64,000 nucleotides of DNA. Origin: Trichoplax sp. H2 (taxonomy: Eukaryota). The DNA lies in contig NOWV01000150.1 in assembly GCA_003344405.1 (NCBI GenBank), forward strand, positions 62,001 to 126,000. Direction: 5' to 3'. The notes beneath the pieces are model-generated. The model made no database searches, was not told the origin of the DNA, and saw only the letters and a list, made by a program, of their open reading frames with translations. A program made the position numbers and the translations under genes. Below are positions 51,989 through 64,000 of this stretch, piece after piece (within the stretch, counting starts at the first letter, position 1; each line of letters begins with the position of its first letter).

Positions 51989-54900
51989 GACGTCAATTGA
52001 AATAAATGATTTAGACTGGATGTATGCAGTAAACTGATATAGCTGACTAAGGTAGCAGACGATTGATGATGATGATTTCTAATTAAATAAGGAATGGAAA
52101 AGTCGCTTTTCTACCGCTTTAAGAAAAGATGGCAATTTTGACATTTAAACTTGAAAAATAGGTACTTGTAACTACTGAACGGTGCAATGATTGAGAATAA
52201 ATAAGCAGATAATCAATCTTGGTGTGTATTTATACAGCAAAATTTTAAGACAATGAGATAATTGTGGTTAAATTAGTGGTTAACCAGACAATATTTTACG
52301 TGAATGATTTCTTGATATGTATAACGATACAGTAGCCTAAGAAGTATTTGCATCAACCAAAAGATTGATCTTGCATGCTATTGTTAATTTATTGTATTAG
52401 ATGTTGATTTGTTTTGAAATGTTTTACCACCTGCAATAACAAATTCCAATTCAATATAGTCACCATATCATATTCTAGCCTTTTTCAAGTATGGTTTTCT
52501 TATCAATGACTACTAGATTTCATATCACGTTACATTCTCATCCATAATTATTCTTATGGGCAGCAGCTTCAAAATTAAATGTTAATGAAGATTCCATTTT
52601 TTGTTTTATTTAGGTGCATATTCTACATAAGTAGTAGATTTTGGTAACGAAGTTCTCTATATGATATTGAAAATGTTGATTATTAAATGTTTTTACAAAT
52701 AATAAAATGGCTATAGATTAACTTATTTTGATAGTATTTTAATTATTATGAGGCGTATTTATCGCTTTATTAATATACTCTTGAAGAGGGACATAAATTC
52801 GAATGAAATCGCCATCAAGCTAAATTCCTATCGTTAAAACGACAGCTTAAATGATTTGACTTTTTAATTCATTCTTAAATCATGCATGCTTGATTAACTA
52901 TTAATTCTGATTGATTCTAGGCTGAATAGCATTCAATTGATGTTAATGCATATTTTAATCATACATATCTGATAATCTAACTTTGATTCTATTCTTATTG
53001 AATAACTTACATTTTTTATTGATATTGTTGAAGTGAAAGTATGCTTAAATACAAGAGTATTTAATTAATTAGCTAAATACCGATATTAAATTCTATAATT
53101 CTATAGGTGATAATTTTGAGCAATCTCTGCGATGTCAGTGTTCGTATTATCTCTATCTAAGCAATATTTGCTTGAAATAAGGTAAAATTTGAAAAGTAGA
53201 ATTCGTCATTTCTAGTAATTTTTAAAGCCATGCTGCATTAAACCAAATCGGATAATAAGGCTTTCAATTTTTTGTCAATTAAAAACTATCCATTATTTCT
53301 CATAAAACTTTAAACAAATAATTTTGTAAACGTACGTTATCTATTTAAATCGCTTAGTAACTCGTCGCTATTGTCTCGGTACGGTTCAATTTCAAGATTA
53401 ATATTCTATTTGCGTTAGAATTTTAGACTGAGATTACTTCTAAATTCAACTTACAGGCTTCAAGTAAACAGACGTTGACGAAAAATTAATACGCGTGACT
53501 CATACTGCTAACAGTGGCAATGTTTCCTTTTTTATTTATTTTCATGTTCTTATACAGCTTACAGATTATAGAGCTATGTCCTTATTTCCAACCAGAATCT
53601 CTACAATGAACTATATGTAAATCTAAATACTGTAAATGATTAATTTTCCTATTCGAGTATTAATAACTTAGAATTCTTTATATGATTGTATACTATTGTG
53701 AGTATCAAGGGTTCTTAATCGTTGCATTAGGACATACTGCTTTCTTGACAATATAACAAGAAGGATTAGATTGAAAAATCAGCAATTATTCTATGGTTGT
53801 TTGTTGTTAGATGAAATGATGATTTCATAACATCATTACTTCTATCCGATCTATTGGCCCTTTATATTGTATTTAATGCTATTTTGATTTGGCTTACTCA
53901 TCTAGTCAATTGTTAGGCTTTATTTTTATATTATTTACGATATTTGTATCATTGAATCACTTGGACATATTACTAAAATAGACTGTAACAATCAATTTTC
54001 TTTTATAGCTTGTCATTACATTCTTCCTGTCCACGTACAGTCTGAATTACGAGATATCATGACTGAGATTTGGAATGAACAGCTGAACACGGCTTCAAAT
54101 GCTGTATAGTATAAGCATTGGTTATGGTAATAATTTAATCCTTTAATTTTGTGATAGATTACGATTGTTGCGCTATCATCACTTGCGTAATCCAAAATAG
54201 CTATAAATTAACAAAATATTTTGTTACTGGCTGCAATTATAAATTTATATAAATCCAGAATACTCACTGAATAGATTAATAGCATAAAAAATGAAACATG
54301 AGCTAGAGATTCAAGAATTCATAACATTAACATTATGTTTGCTGAGTCAATCTGATCTAATGAATGATTTCTTATTTTTGCCTTAAGGTCGTATTGATTA
54401 TCTTGACGCATTAACGATTGATGTCATTTAATTATTGTATGCTAGAGGTCAAAAATAGGAAATTTATAGGTTCAGATTTTAAGATCGAGGCATTTTTAAC
54501 CGGATACATTACTGAATTTGCCTTATATGCTACTTATAGCAATTATAGGCCGTTAAATGATTTAATTTAAGTGGCCTGAGGATATGTCGTATCTATAGAA
54601 CCGTTGTTTATTGTCCATGTAAATGATACTAATATCAAAATTCTCGGAACTCGGAAAGCCTTGATTGGTTTTTCTTGGATGAATAAAATCTTAATGAAGG
54701 ACTTGGAAATCATATCATACAAATACACAATGTAATAGATTGGCATTTCTACTAAAAGTGATTTATATTTCCATATTAAAGAATATGCGAGAAACAAAAC
54801 TGTATTCGTATATTCATATGCTTGGAAGACTATAAATTCGTTGAAATTCAGTTAGCTAAAAATTTAATACACTGTTTCACAATTACATATCCATCCAGTT

Positions 54901-57900
54901 TTAGTCATCATTCTGCAGGCTCAAGTGATTAGTAGGATGAAAGCAATGAAAATCGATATTTTCGGTCGGATTATACAATATATTAAAACGGTCAAAGTCA
55001 ACATCAAATAACCGCAACTATTCCTAGTAACAATAAGCGTAATTACTATTAAGTGTAGGTAAATAATTCAGCAAGTATTGCCCACGGCAATTTTGATATA
55101 ATTATGATAAAACAAAAGAGATGGAAAAAGATGAAGTATTACCCGGATTTCGGTTGTAGATACTACCGGTATAACAGGCCATAATGAAGTCAATTTAAGA
55201 TTATCGAAAAAGGAAAAGTCTTTATCATCCTTGAAATTACACTTAGTGGATATTTATTAAGTTTTCGATCTTTATAAATTAATAGCTGCATTACTTACTC
55301 TTATTTAGGCAAGTATGAAGTGATTATATAGGTACGTGTCAACGCTTGATTACCGTATAGTTACGTTGATGAACATTGAGTTGTTCAAAGCCGATATAGC
55401 ATAGTATAGCGGCTGAGTAATCACAAAATAAATGACAAACTATAACCTGGATCCCACTTCTACGGAGTGTACTCAGTGTTTAGCTGCTACACCGAGAAAA
55501 CTGTTTTTCAAGAAGTTACTTGTATACAAACAAATACATGTTTCTCATACCGCAAAATAAATGAAAGAATGAGAGCTGAAAATTATAAAGCTTGAAACTG
55601 AATCATTATTATAGATCAGTCAGTTGATTTACGATTTGGTTATCTTTCGTGTTGCATTAAGCTTCTTTCAGCTAGCTAATGGCATACTTTCTGATGACTA
55701 TAAGTATTTATATTGTGTGTTTTCGTATCATGTTATATAAATGTATATAACAAATTATCGTAATATTTACTAGACTGATTTATGGATGTTTACATAACCT
55801 AGCATTAGAATGAGCTGGCGGCCTGAATGAAGTTAGAATTTAACAGTTTAGTTGGATGAGAAGAGATTGTATGTTCTTGGTTACAATATCGATGATTCCA
55901 AGATTACAGCGATCTATGGATTCGCTACTGTATAGTATTAGCCATGCTACAATCAGTGCGATACGCTATTCGTTGGTAGCTTCAGATTTGTATGGATTTT
56001 CTGGTGACTTTTTAAATTTGAGATATGCTCGTAAATAAATCAGCAATAGACTAAACACCGAACGTTATATAGGAACCAGTAAAATTATTTTACCCAAAAA
56101 CGAAATTCTTTTCCGAAACTATCTAATTTGGAATCGAAGTTGTTCGGAAGTCTACCTTCCAGCACAGGTATATAACATTTTATACGGTAGCTGATCTGTA
56201 ATCGAAACCATTTCCCGTAATCAAAATGGCTCTATAGCTACCATATTCTGCAATTCATTACTTGTGGCGTTTCTATTGTGAAATTAAAGTAGTGATTTGT
56301 TTATATAAAACATTACAGTCTGATATCTGTATTTAGCTGCAAAATTCTTGGATAACCAATTTTTTCTGATAATCATCATGACCTTTCGTGTAACTCATAT
56401 CGTAGTAGTCTGCAAGACGCGTAAACTTTATAGTAGCGATTAATAATATGGTATTGTATAATTTTATTGCTGTAAATTTTCAATTGGACTTTAACTATTC
56501 TTTTAGCCTGTTTATTGTTAGTATACTCGTATGCGGCAGCAATGTTACAGAAATATTTTGGTTAAGAATGATAACTATGAATAGCAATACAATTATTATT
56601 GGATTCTCTAATTATTTATTATTATTGATTATGGCTATTAATATCTAATATGATATCATGTCTGTGATGAAAAAGAAGTTCATTATAGTTCGGATTTATA
56701 GTTTGCCGTTGAAGAGATGATAACATCAAACAACAAGTATGATCTTCTACGATGCTGCTAAGAACTGAACTCCAGAATTGCTCAGAATTGAGCAATCGTA
56801 ATGCTTTTAAAATTTAATAATAAAAGATGATTGATAACAAAACAACAATAGTAACTTAATTCAGAGTAACATGTACCCTGGAGTTTATTGCTTTAGGCTT
56901 ATAGTAACATTATTCTTCTCGAATTATACTATATCATTACCAGGTTTAATACCTACCCAATTATTGCTTAAATTGTATTGTTACCACCTTATCAGTACAC
57001 ATGTTTGTAATTAATGATACTCTTTTATTCCAGACAATACATTATAAGATCAGTAGGAAAATTTCGTGGGAAAACATCTGCATGAAAGTGATGGGGTTGG
57101 CTATTAATAGCATTCAAATTGCATCTTTATACTTATGATCGAGGCATTAAAAAATAACATTAAACGTCTTGATGTCTGACAGTTTAATACATTGATGTAT
57201 TAATTATTAATCATATGACGGCACAAACCTATTGCGGTAGTAATGTAGTTTGAGATCACGATAAGAATATAATATTTTTATGATATGGCCATTAAGGGTA
57301 CAGTATACCACCAATCTAGCATATTTAGTATGCTAGTTAACGATTGAAATCTAAACTCCAAATTTAAGTAGTAGCACTGCAACATTTATTAAATTCTCAT
57401 CAAGTGATCATATATAGCTAGTTGATGATATAGCAGGAAGCAGTAACCTTTGTTAAAAGCATAGTGGAAAATTTAAAAAATCCTGGTCACCAAGACCTTC
57501 AACACCTATAATCTTACAGGAAATAAAATAAATATATTTATCAGATTTTAAAAATTTTTAATCATAAATCTCATTTATAGGACATTGCGTAATTCTGGTA
57601 ACAGTAAACGGTAATTTCCAGTAAATTCTTACGCTAAGCACAGATAAATTTTAAATATAATGAAGTAAAATAATAATTTCTCAAAGTTCATACAATGAAA
57701 AGATTTTTAATAACTCCTGTACTACTGTAGATGAGCTTTCATTAATAACTTGTTACAGCAATTTGCGGTGTGGAGAAAATTTATTTGTTAGTGTTATCTA
57801 AAATTTAACAAATGCAATCATGATGCACACGTAATTTAATATAAAACAGAATCTAGTAACTGAATGATCCCTCCATTTATATAGTTTGAAAAATGTAAGG

Positions 57901-60302
57901 GATGTATACCAAATTGATGTTATGTTTATTACATGATTAAGAACGAATTCAGCTATTCAAGATTATGTAATGCCATAAAAGAAAATTCAAAGAATTAAAT
58001 ACATCCTCAAGGCTAATTAAATCTTGATAAGAAAGTTAATTATATACGTATTGCCCTTTTAATACAAAACTTGACTATTGTTGCACTAGATGCACCTGGA
58101 TTGTATAGCAACGTTATTACTTTTCCCTTAGCTACTGTATCCTAAAAGACGACATGAAGATTTCTATCGTACAGATTTTTAACAGCTACTCTTAGAAACA
58201 GTAGCTAGATAATGTGTTTAGAGTGTAGAAGATTTGATAATATTGTGATTACAAATCTACTTCATAAAGGAATCGTATCTAGGAGAAAAAATAAAAGTAT
58301 ACAACGCGATATGTGAGAGGCTATGGTTCAGTAGAATTAATGTTAAATTCTGTAGCAGGCTTAAGAACTTTAGAATTGATTTTTAAAAGTTGGTAAATTG
58401 GTATTTTAACAAATTGTAGTATATAAATTCGAGAAATAAATAGAATTAGATTTATTTAAATGATAAAAAATGTGCATTCCGAATGAAATAAAATACGTAC
58501 TTGAAAATTATAATGAGTGATAGTTGAGTCTTGATTTGGCTCTTTCAAGTAATCTATAGCTATGATCACACTATAACACACCCATTGCAGTTATAGTTTT
58601 TAGACTTACCTGGCTGACGTATATTTTATTATCATATATATCAGGTTAAAATATCATTCATCGATATTCTCTCCTGAGTCAGCTTGAGAACTACTGACGT
58701 TAGCACTGGTATAGTTTTATAATAATAAGATACTAGTTTTTTTTGGTAAGGATGCACTAATCTTATCTTTACCTTAGACAGTTACATTGGAGTTATAAGC
58801 ATTGATATCATACTTGTATAGCTTTAAAATAGATAAGATTTTTAAGGAACGCTCGCACATGCTCAATCTTCTTTAGTAGATAAAGAGGCACTTAAAAGTA
58901 TTTTAGAAATGCATTGCATGAAAATAACTATCCTGTCTTTCGCATCTCTAATCTTAATACATAATAATAGAGTGTTAAATTAACGTTTTATCTTTCGCGT
59001 GTGAATGCGTAACAATTTGAGCATAAGGTATAGATAAAATTAAAGATATTATCACTCCTAGTCTTCTACATTTAGGAAGCTACCAGCTTAGACATCGATT
59101 GATTTGATTTACTTGCTAATATTGAAAGATGATGCAGCTAAAGCTGTAATATTAATGGTTCTCAAGAAAACGCAATGCCGTCGATACTCTATTGGACTAA
59201 TAATTTATTGCACGAGCCACGTAACTGTAGGCACCGATAACTGGACTGATGTTTTACATACGAATACACAGAGATAGCGTGCAGGTACATCTACAATAGC
59301 TTAAGCTACGGCTTAGGTTGTGGCATAATGTGTTGTATATAATATACACGGACATACCGTATATGTTCCTAATATGTAATCTGTTTTTCGCATTTATGGT
59401 GATCTAAGATTCGACTTAACAATCCTGTACAGTATAGTTATTCCATGTGCTCAGTATAATAATATGGGCATGTAAATATGAAATATGTGAATTGTATCAC
59501 TAATAAAACTCTACAGGATTAAATAATTGTTATAAGGCATAAATCGATAAATAAGACGCGATATTACGTTATCGGTGGTAGAGTACACATATGCTCTACA
59601 GCAAGAATCATGTCTTTACAATATACGCTCCTTAAGTGAATATATCTATACTTAAACTATTGCCTTAGTAAAGTATAGATCAAAACGATGCACATAACGG
59701 TGTAGAGTTCAATGTTTGTGATCATGTAATTCATTATTAATTGAATTCATCAAACCCATAAATAATTACATCACAATATGATACTTTTTCGACTTGTATG
59801 GAAATATAGTATGTAAAGCATGCCATCGTACGTTTAAAGCACTGTAAGTTATCAGGAATAAATACGGTATATTGCAAAAGCGTGTAAGATCCATTATCAC
59901 TGGAGAAAACATGAAATAGCACGTACCTTGGACGTTATGAAGTCTCAATGGTTAACTACTAAACTTACCAAGGACTACCTGCCTTCAGTCTACAACTGTC
60001 TAACTTATTACATGAGAACGTACAATTTATATAACATATACAATTCTTAAAATTTTACAGATTAAAACGAGTTTATTTAATACTTGTATTTGTTGCGGAG
60101 CGGAAGCTACTGTATTCTGTCATACGCACAGAGGGTGCAAGGCATGTCTTTAACTATTTCACGGTGTCTAATTTATTTGTTTTACGATTACATCAATTAA
60201 TGATTTATTATTTCACATTGTAGCACAGAATAGATCTACTAGGTCTAATAGGCCATAGCTTATATGTATATAACATATATATATAGTCGTATATGCATAA
60301 TA

Positions 60303-60590
60303 GTTTCTGGATGTAAGCAAGGATGAAAATCTTTTAGTAAACATACTTTCATGAATGAATTTCGACTGATAAAAAATTTCAATTGGGATCATCGCCTAAA
60401 CTGTTCAGAGCATTTGATTATATAGAATATATAATATATTCAACTTATATTTAAATCTTACATACATAAACAGTCTCTGGATATAGACAATGGAAAAATC
60501 TTTTAGTAAAGAATTTCATACGGGATCATTGCTTCAACTGCTCAGGTTATTTGATTATCGTTAATTCAAGTTATATTTAAATCTTGTAAT
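60303..60590. repeat. Diverged tandem duplication (units at about 60303-60470 and 60473-60590)
   Basis: Shared blocks appear in the same order in both units: tctggat, aaaatcttttagtaaa, gggatcat.gc.t.aactg.tcag, atttgattat and attcaa.ttatatttaaatctt. Confidence 0.8.
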
Positions 60591-60954
60591 CATAGATAGC
60601 AGACATTGCTACTGCGGTCTACATTGTCATGACGCTTAACTTCATACGCATGCCTGCATATAGAACAAGATCAACTTAGCCTTTTTAGCTTTCATACTAT
60701 AGTTGATAGGATTATCATTCCTTCGACTCGCTGAGAATAGTTCACCAGTATATATATATAGTAGCAAAAACAGTGCATAAATAACTTTTTAAGGTAAATC
60801 AAAAGCTAGGGTAGAAATTTCAGTCGTCGTTATAGATGTTACAGTGTATGCAGTCCCAGCTACGCAAAAGATAAAATGTTTCCGGTACACATAATTTACT
60901 GCATGTAGGCAGAATTAAAATTTAGGCGTAGACTTATTTAAATCTCTTTCCACG

Positions 60955-63900
60955 TCAATTTCCTTTCATGCACTGTTGATTACATCTTTCAATAACCTTT
61001 CACTGTTAGTGACTGATGTTGTGGCGATCAAAAATTCAGTATCTAAAGAATTTCAGGAATTACATGATATAGCATTAATTTTTTGTACTAATCAAACACT
61101 CTGACTGTTAAAAATTGGACTGATTGAATGATGCTATTTTTATCGTGCATTTTCACTTACTAAGCTGTTTTCCGAGAAAACGTAGAGCAGCTATTTCGGA
61201 GTATGTACAACCCCCAATGAAATATACCATAACAATGGGAGTTTGTCGATTTGCGCCTATATAAATCGATTAGTAAATTACTGAATATAAGATACCTAAA
61301 GTTATGCATCATCATTGACGGCTAATACAGGTGAAGTTAAAAAATATCGACATGTTACATACTGATGGTAGATGCGTTGATAATGCAAGAACAGTCACAA
61401 TTTAGAATTTTGCCAATATCATCATCATCTCTGAATGAATTTGGGAATGTGAGCACCTATAATAATTAATTATGGTACGATCAGATATCTATATCTAGGT
61501 CTTCCCAGGACATTAAGATCGTTTAACCTTAACCAAAGCGATAATAAATCTATATAGTATTCTTACATGCTCAATTAATTTACAACTCATCGGGGCATAT
61601 TGACCGCCGTGAATGTATGCCATGCTTTTGGGCTTAGATAAATCAACTTCCGTCGGTGTTTTAGGAATCTAGTAAAAGCAAGATTTCTATTATAGACATT
61701 ATATAATCTATAATTCTATATACGTAATTACAAGTTTACGCAAAGAAAGGCCAAGTTTTATTCAGACTTACTAAGCCCAGTTTCTTGCAAATGGCTTTGA
61801 ATTTATTTTTTTTCTGTTAATTTTCATGTAATTACGTACATACAAAGTTTAGATTGAATAAAGGTCAAATATGAGAAGCGAAGGCAACATCTTAAAGCGA
61901 TCTTTAAGATTAAACTTACGGTTGTTTGTTCCGTAAATAAGCCAGATTTTTTTAATACATACTGGGTAGAAACTAGCTTGTCGTAACCGTGACTCTACAG
62001 CGGGGAAATATGGACATTAATAATGGATCATCTGTAATGTTTGTTTACGAACAGTACCAGTTGACATCTTGTCGCTTCGCTGACGGAGATACTACATTTA
62101 ACTTTCTATTTTTAATATAATAATTAATGCAGTAGTAATATAACGATTCCTACCTGTAAAAACTGTAGCCATAGTGAATGATATTGAGCTGATGGTAGAC
62201 CTAGAGTATATTAGGCAGGCATTGTGAAACTTTCTATTGTTATAATATTGCATGAAGGATAAATTTACCATCATGAGTGACGGAATAGAGGCACATAAGT
62301 CTTAAAGCGGAGGTAATATCCTATAGAAAAGTTATAATATTTAATTTTCTGTATCACATTACACTGGATTATTTCTGTTACAGTAAACCAATCAGCAATA
62401 AAATTCGTCATTAAACGAATATCTAATTTCTGTTGAAAAACATCAGAAACCTTATCTATGATACAAGTTTCAATAAAATCAAGGCACTCTTTTTCATTCG
62501 TTCCAGCTAGCATATCTGTCATATCAATCAGAGTTATCATGAACACTACTGTTCAAAATATACTCAAAATATCGACTATAAATCAGTGGTAATTTAAAGT
62601 AACTCTAGTGGGTCGATCATGCTACGTACAACTTTCTTGCGTTAGTAAGTATTCCAAATTTTCCTTCGTCTTTGTAGTCATTAAATTTTCACACAATGAT
62701 AAATCTGGTGGGTTTTTTGTAGTAATGTAATGAATTAATTACAAAAATAAATTCAGTGGCCGCTTTCATAGGAAATCACTAAGTGATGCTTACGTCCAGT
62801 TAAAGATTTATGTTGACTTTGCAAATCCTTAAATTCGTTTCGTACGAAATCTTTTAATCCACTTACACTTTTGTAATCATGGCGTTTCTATTGTGATGAA
62901 AGAAATAAAGATTGTAGAATAATTATCAACATTACTATACGTATTTGATTGTATACAAACATCGTATCCTGATTGAATTTCTTTCGCTCGCTCTCGGATA
63001 ATTCCGAAGACTGTAGTAATATGACTATCCCTAATGTTAGCAAAAATCTGAAGAAGACACACATAATGATTATAGTAATGTATCTACTAAGATAGTACGA
63101 GTTAGGATTGCAACGCTTTAATTAAAGTATGTGGATGTACCTGGTCGCTGGAATTTAATAGCATTTTTATACTACCCTTTCCTACGTTACTGGACGGACC
63201 TAAGACAAGGTAACCTATAGAGTAGATCGATCAAATGCCGTAACAAAATATCAGTATCAATTAGCCACTACATATATTATCAGTACAATAACTGAGAATT
63301 TCAACAGTGTAACCAAACTGACCGTTTTCGATACCAAATGTATCGTCGATGATTCCTTGATACGTAACTTGAGTTAATAGAGGTGAAATATAATCCACGT
63401 CTGATGGGCAAAGTAAAGTTAAATACAATCAGTTGTGTACGAATGCCCTAAATAATTTGATCATTGCCTGTTTTCTATTCGTACGTCTATTCTGTACTTG
63501 CCTCGATCTATCATAATAAGAGTATCAAGTTTCGTAGCAGATACATCTGCCATTACGTTAGGATCTGAATCTACGTTTTTGGCTAGGACTTCAGCTAAGT
63601 TCCATATTTTCTGTAATAAATTTCGTCAGAGTGTGCACATTACGGTAAGTCGTCACAGTACTTTCATGATAAAAGCGCTCATCTCGATTTACCATTTAAC
63701 TGTAAAAATTATTTGTTACCTTGGAATAGTCTCCGATTGTGTAAACTCGATTAAATTCTCCAAACAACGATTGCGAGCTAACCAAAGATTGGGCTATACT
63801 TTTAATCCAGGATCGGTCACGATGCTATAAAAATTAGAGGGACAATGTAATCTGTACGATTGCAATTATATTACAAAGGTCGATAACCTTATCTCTAGCA

Positions 63901-64000
63901 TACTGTAAATTCATGATGGTCAAATCAAGAATTGTTTACTGTACTGTAATCTTACAGCAAAGTAGCTTGGGAATATAGCTGGTACTTCGAATGACAATAA
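60955..64000 (-). CDS. VPS33B: Sec1/Munc18-family vacuolar protein sorting 33, VPS33B-like, 5'-partial, multi-exon
   Basis: LIMIDRDVDYISPLLTQVTYQGIIDDTFGI; IFANIRDSHITTVF; LKDFVRNEFKDLQSQHKSLTGHLSLCE; ALRLMCLYSVTHDGLP; FLQSHGY; SMAYIHGGQYAPMSCKLIE; MVYFIGGCTYSEIAALRFLG; FLIATT. DDTF and the DFVxxE...H spacing favour VPS33B over VPS33A. Stop TGA at 60957-60955. Confidence 0.85.
63401..63501 (-). other. GC-AG intron in the VPS33B-like gene
   Basis: GATCGAG|GCAAGT donor and CAG acceptor; removal gives the conserved IDR-D-VD motif. Confidence 0.85.

Noticed and set aside
54989-55001. cGGTCAAAGTCAa as a nuclear-receptor response element upstream of the NR gene
   Set aside because: A single degenerate match in 9 kb is plausible by chance and needs conservation or ChIP evidence.
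54567-59948. 60-76 aa ORFs in the long intergenic region
   Set aside because: Their AT-biased random composition, lack of domains and lack of consistent splice chains argue against coding.

Overview
This is AT-rich (roughly one-third GC) eukaryotic animal DNA with densely packed genes and many short GT-AG introns (mostly about 60-150 nt). The gene content and architecture suggest an early-branching metazoan, most plausibly a placozoan (Trichoplax-like); that assignment is an inference. Manual exon splicing gives nine protein genes: DMXL/rabconnectin-3alpha (3' part, +), PEX11 (-), a short FAM184-like coiled-coil gene (-), UBA6 (+), LRRC28-like (-), an SH2-only gene missed by the ORF track (-), ELP1/IKBKAP (+), an NR2E (TLX/PNR-type) nuclear receptor (-) and VPS33B-like (3' part, -). 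There is also a decayed EGF-repeat pseudogene. Notable non-coding signals are (TACAG/CTGTA)n arrays just upstream of four housekeeping genes, small GACTAC...GTAGTC palindromic elements in upstream regions, a U12-type intron, a GC-AG intron, many AAG acceptors, and a possible spliced uORF overlapping PEX11. I found no prokaryotic-type system, CRISPR array, rRNA/tRNA gene or intact transposon. I cannot claim a wholly new biological system; the best leads are the NR2E receptor, the promoter repeat/palindrome architecture and the SH2-only protein.
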